DNA of 63,219 nt, the filler included, from Reticulomyxa filosa (lineage: Eukaryota > Protista > Foraminifera), in assembly GCA_000512085.1 (NCBI GenBank). It is 15 parts of 15 records of this genome, joined end to end, with 100 filler letters (N's around TTAATTAATTAA, not from the genome) between each part and the next. Parts side by side here need not be neighbours in the genome. Positions count along the whole stretch, not along the records: positions 62,010 to 63,219 come from ASPP01000345.1; 14 more parts are not named here. The stretch is one strand, 5' to 3'. Below, in pieces: positions 63,056 to 63,219 of the stretch; the first letter of the stretch is position 1; every line of letters begins with the position of its first letter. The translations under genes were made by a program, and so were the position numbers. Below the pieces are notes generated by a model, which worked only from the letters and a program-made list of their open reading frames with translations, searched no databases and was not told the origin of the DNA.

Positions 63056-63219
63056 CAGTAGATTGCAAAAAAAACTGCCATACCTAAATGGCACTATATG
63101 AAGAGAATCGATTTTCTCCATGAAAAATAAAGATTTAGAACTAATTTTTTAAAATATCTACTAATCTTGTAGTTTTAATATTAAATTTTTTTTTGTCTAA
63201 TTTTCTTTATTGTTGTATA
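63056..63219 (+). mobile_element. Tc1-type TIR (family B), runs to window end
   Basis: TA|CAGTAGATTGCAAAAAAAACTGCCATACCTAAATGGCACTATATGAAG, matching 53473. Confidence 0.75.

Overview
AT-rich, intron-containing eukaryotic DNA. The window is about 15 small contigs joined by an artificial N-TTAATTAATTAA-N spacer, so adjacency across spacers is not biological. The gene families (Kelch and WD40 proteins carrying an 'IIQxW...GWI.D' motif, caspase-like relics, Gly-rich 'HFGSGGG' proteins, orphan 7TM proteins) and many homopolymer frameshifts suggest the foraminiferan Reticulomyxa filosa or a relative; this is an inference. Recognisable genes: TauE/SafE transporter, GH2 exo-beta-glucosaminidase, a USP C-terminal part, mL46, MAD2, a TPP1/Est3-like OB-fold protein, acyl-CoA dehydrogenase, FANCM/Mph1, a PKG with three cNMP domains, a ciliary MIP-like gene, a divergent eIF5A, a very long RPEL-repeat protein and the VPS16 C-terminus. 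Mobile DNA: a decayed Ty3/Gypsy element, a full-length decayed Tc1 (DD34E) with about 190-bp TIRs, a second Tc1 relic, many TA|CAGT termini at contig ends and a dispersed LTR-like repeat. The best candidates for undescribed biology are a modular beta-propeller system (a shared ~30-aa cap on Kelch and WD40 proteins, plus a Kelch-caspase fusion), the ~16-repeat RPEL protein and the TPP1/Est3-like gene.
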